This document shows, piece after piece, positions 63,050 to 64,000 of a DNA stretch of 64,000 nucleotides. Positions within the stretch are counted from its first letter, which is position 1, and each line of letters begins with the position of its first letter. The stretch covers positions 82,152,001 to 82,216,000 of the forward strand of contig NC_087436.1 in assembly GCF_036321535.1 (NCBI RefSeq), in the 5' to 3' direction. The translations under genes and the position numbers were made by a program. Under the pieces are notes generated by a model, which worked only from the letters and a program-made list of their open reading frames with translations, was not told where the DNA came from and did not search any database. This stretch comes from Camelus dromedarius. Taxonomy: Eukaryota.

Positions 63050-63405
63050 TGTCAGTCCGTTTGGGCTGCTGTGCAAAATACCACAGACTGGGTGGCTTAT
63101 AAACACATCTTACTTCTCACATTCTGGAGGCTGGAAGTCCAAGATCAGGGCACCAGCATGGCCATGTTCTTGTGAGGGCGCTCTTCCTGGTTCCCAGCTG
63201 GCACCTTCTTGCTGTGTCCTCACATGGTGGAAGGGGCTAGGAACTTCTCTGGAACTTCTCTTGTAAGGCATTAATCCCATTCATCAGGGCTCTACCCTCA
63301 TGACTTAAGTATCTCCCAAAGGCCCTCACCTCTTTTTATCATCACCATGGGGAGTTAGGATCTCAGCATGAATTTGAGAGGCACATGAACACTGAGACTG
63401 TGATA
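63050..63405. mobile_element. MLT1A-like MaLR solo LTR
   Basis: gggctgct...aaaataccacagactgggtggcttataaac...ttctggaggctggaagtccaagatcagggcaccagcatgg...gctctaccctcatgact. Confidence 0.88.
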
Positions 63406-64000
63406 GGTGTGTTAAGAGTTAAACAGCACCAGCATTTGAAGCAGAAAGAGCAGTGTGTGCCAGTGGTTCATGCCACGTGATGCACAGAGATGGTTGTAAG
63501 CTTTCTTGGTTATAAGCCCAGTACTGTAGATCAAAAGGAATTTTTGCGTTCACTCTGAAACCTGGAGGCAAGGCCTGACTCACCTGGGGGAAGCCTGTTA
63601 AAAAGACAAACGGTTACAGATAAAAATTTCCAGGCTCCACCGTAGCAGGTTGACTCAAGAAGTATACAGCGGGGCTTGAGTCTCTTTGATTCTCAAGGTT
63701 TTTTCTAGAGCCTGGAAGTGAAAACTGTTCCAGATGAGCTCATAACAGGCCACAAGGAGTCAGAAAAGGGTCCCCTCCCCAGTGGTTCCAGAGTCTCCAT
63801 GTGGGTCCCTAGGCAGAAGGATCAGCTGAATTGATGGGTCTGCTTGTCCTGAGCATGACATGAGAGGAACCTCAGGGAAGAAATCAGGGAGTGGGGCCTC
63901 CAAGATTACGCCCTTCCTTTACAGCCCTTTCTTTTCTTTTCTTGTGCCCCCAACATTTTCAAGCTCCTGGGGAATGTAAGATTCTGATACAGCCTTACCT

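Larger units (their letters stand above)
56370..64000 (+). other. AFF1: Start of the long AFF1 intron downstream of the 912-nt exon (continues beyond window)
   Basis: gtgagt donor. The next expected exon (QTYSNEVHCVEEILKEM-like, from memory) was not found in the remaining sequence. Confidence 0.8.

Noticed and set aside
1..64000. CRISPR array, operon or other prokaryote-style novel system
   Set aside because: The sequence is mammalian intronic DNA. All direct repeats found are TSDs or short tandem duplications, not regularly spaced arrays.

Overview
Mammalian genomic DNA, most likely camelid, judged from seven copies of a tRNA-derived SINE resembling the camelid Vic-1 family. The window is the 5' part of AFF1 (AF4, Super Elongation Complex scaffold) on the + strand. 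It holds a CpG-island promoter and first exon encoding (M)MAAQS (22178-22197), a ~32.75-kb intron, a 121-nt exon (54948-55068), a 389-nt intron, a 912-nt exon (55458-56369) and the start of the next long intron. Bases 1 to ~21.4 kb are probably intron of the distal-promoter isoform, whose own N-terminal exon is not visible here. The rest is intronic DNA with L1, L2, MIR, Tigger, Charlie/MER and MaLR relics, a 35-nt U2 snRNA retrocopy and several small insertions with target-site duplications (TSDs). I see no novel multi-gene system. The best leads are regulatory: an inverted SINE pair bracketing the two circRNA-prone exons, a predicted 294-aa circle ORF, a uORF whose stop abuts the AFF1 start in frame, a basic 58-aa alternative-frame ORF, and a TATA/Inr/AP-1 cluster upstream of the 121-nt exon. 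Repeat family names and human comparisons come from recognition and memory, not from database searches, and old-repeat boundaries are approximate.
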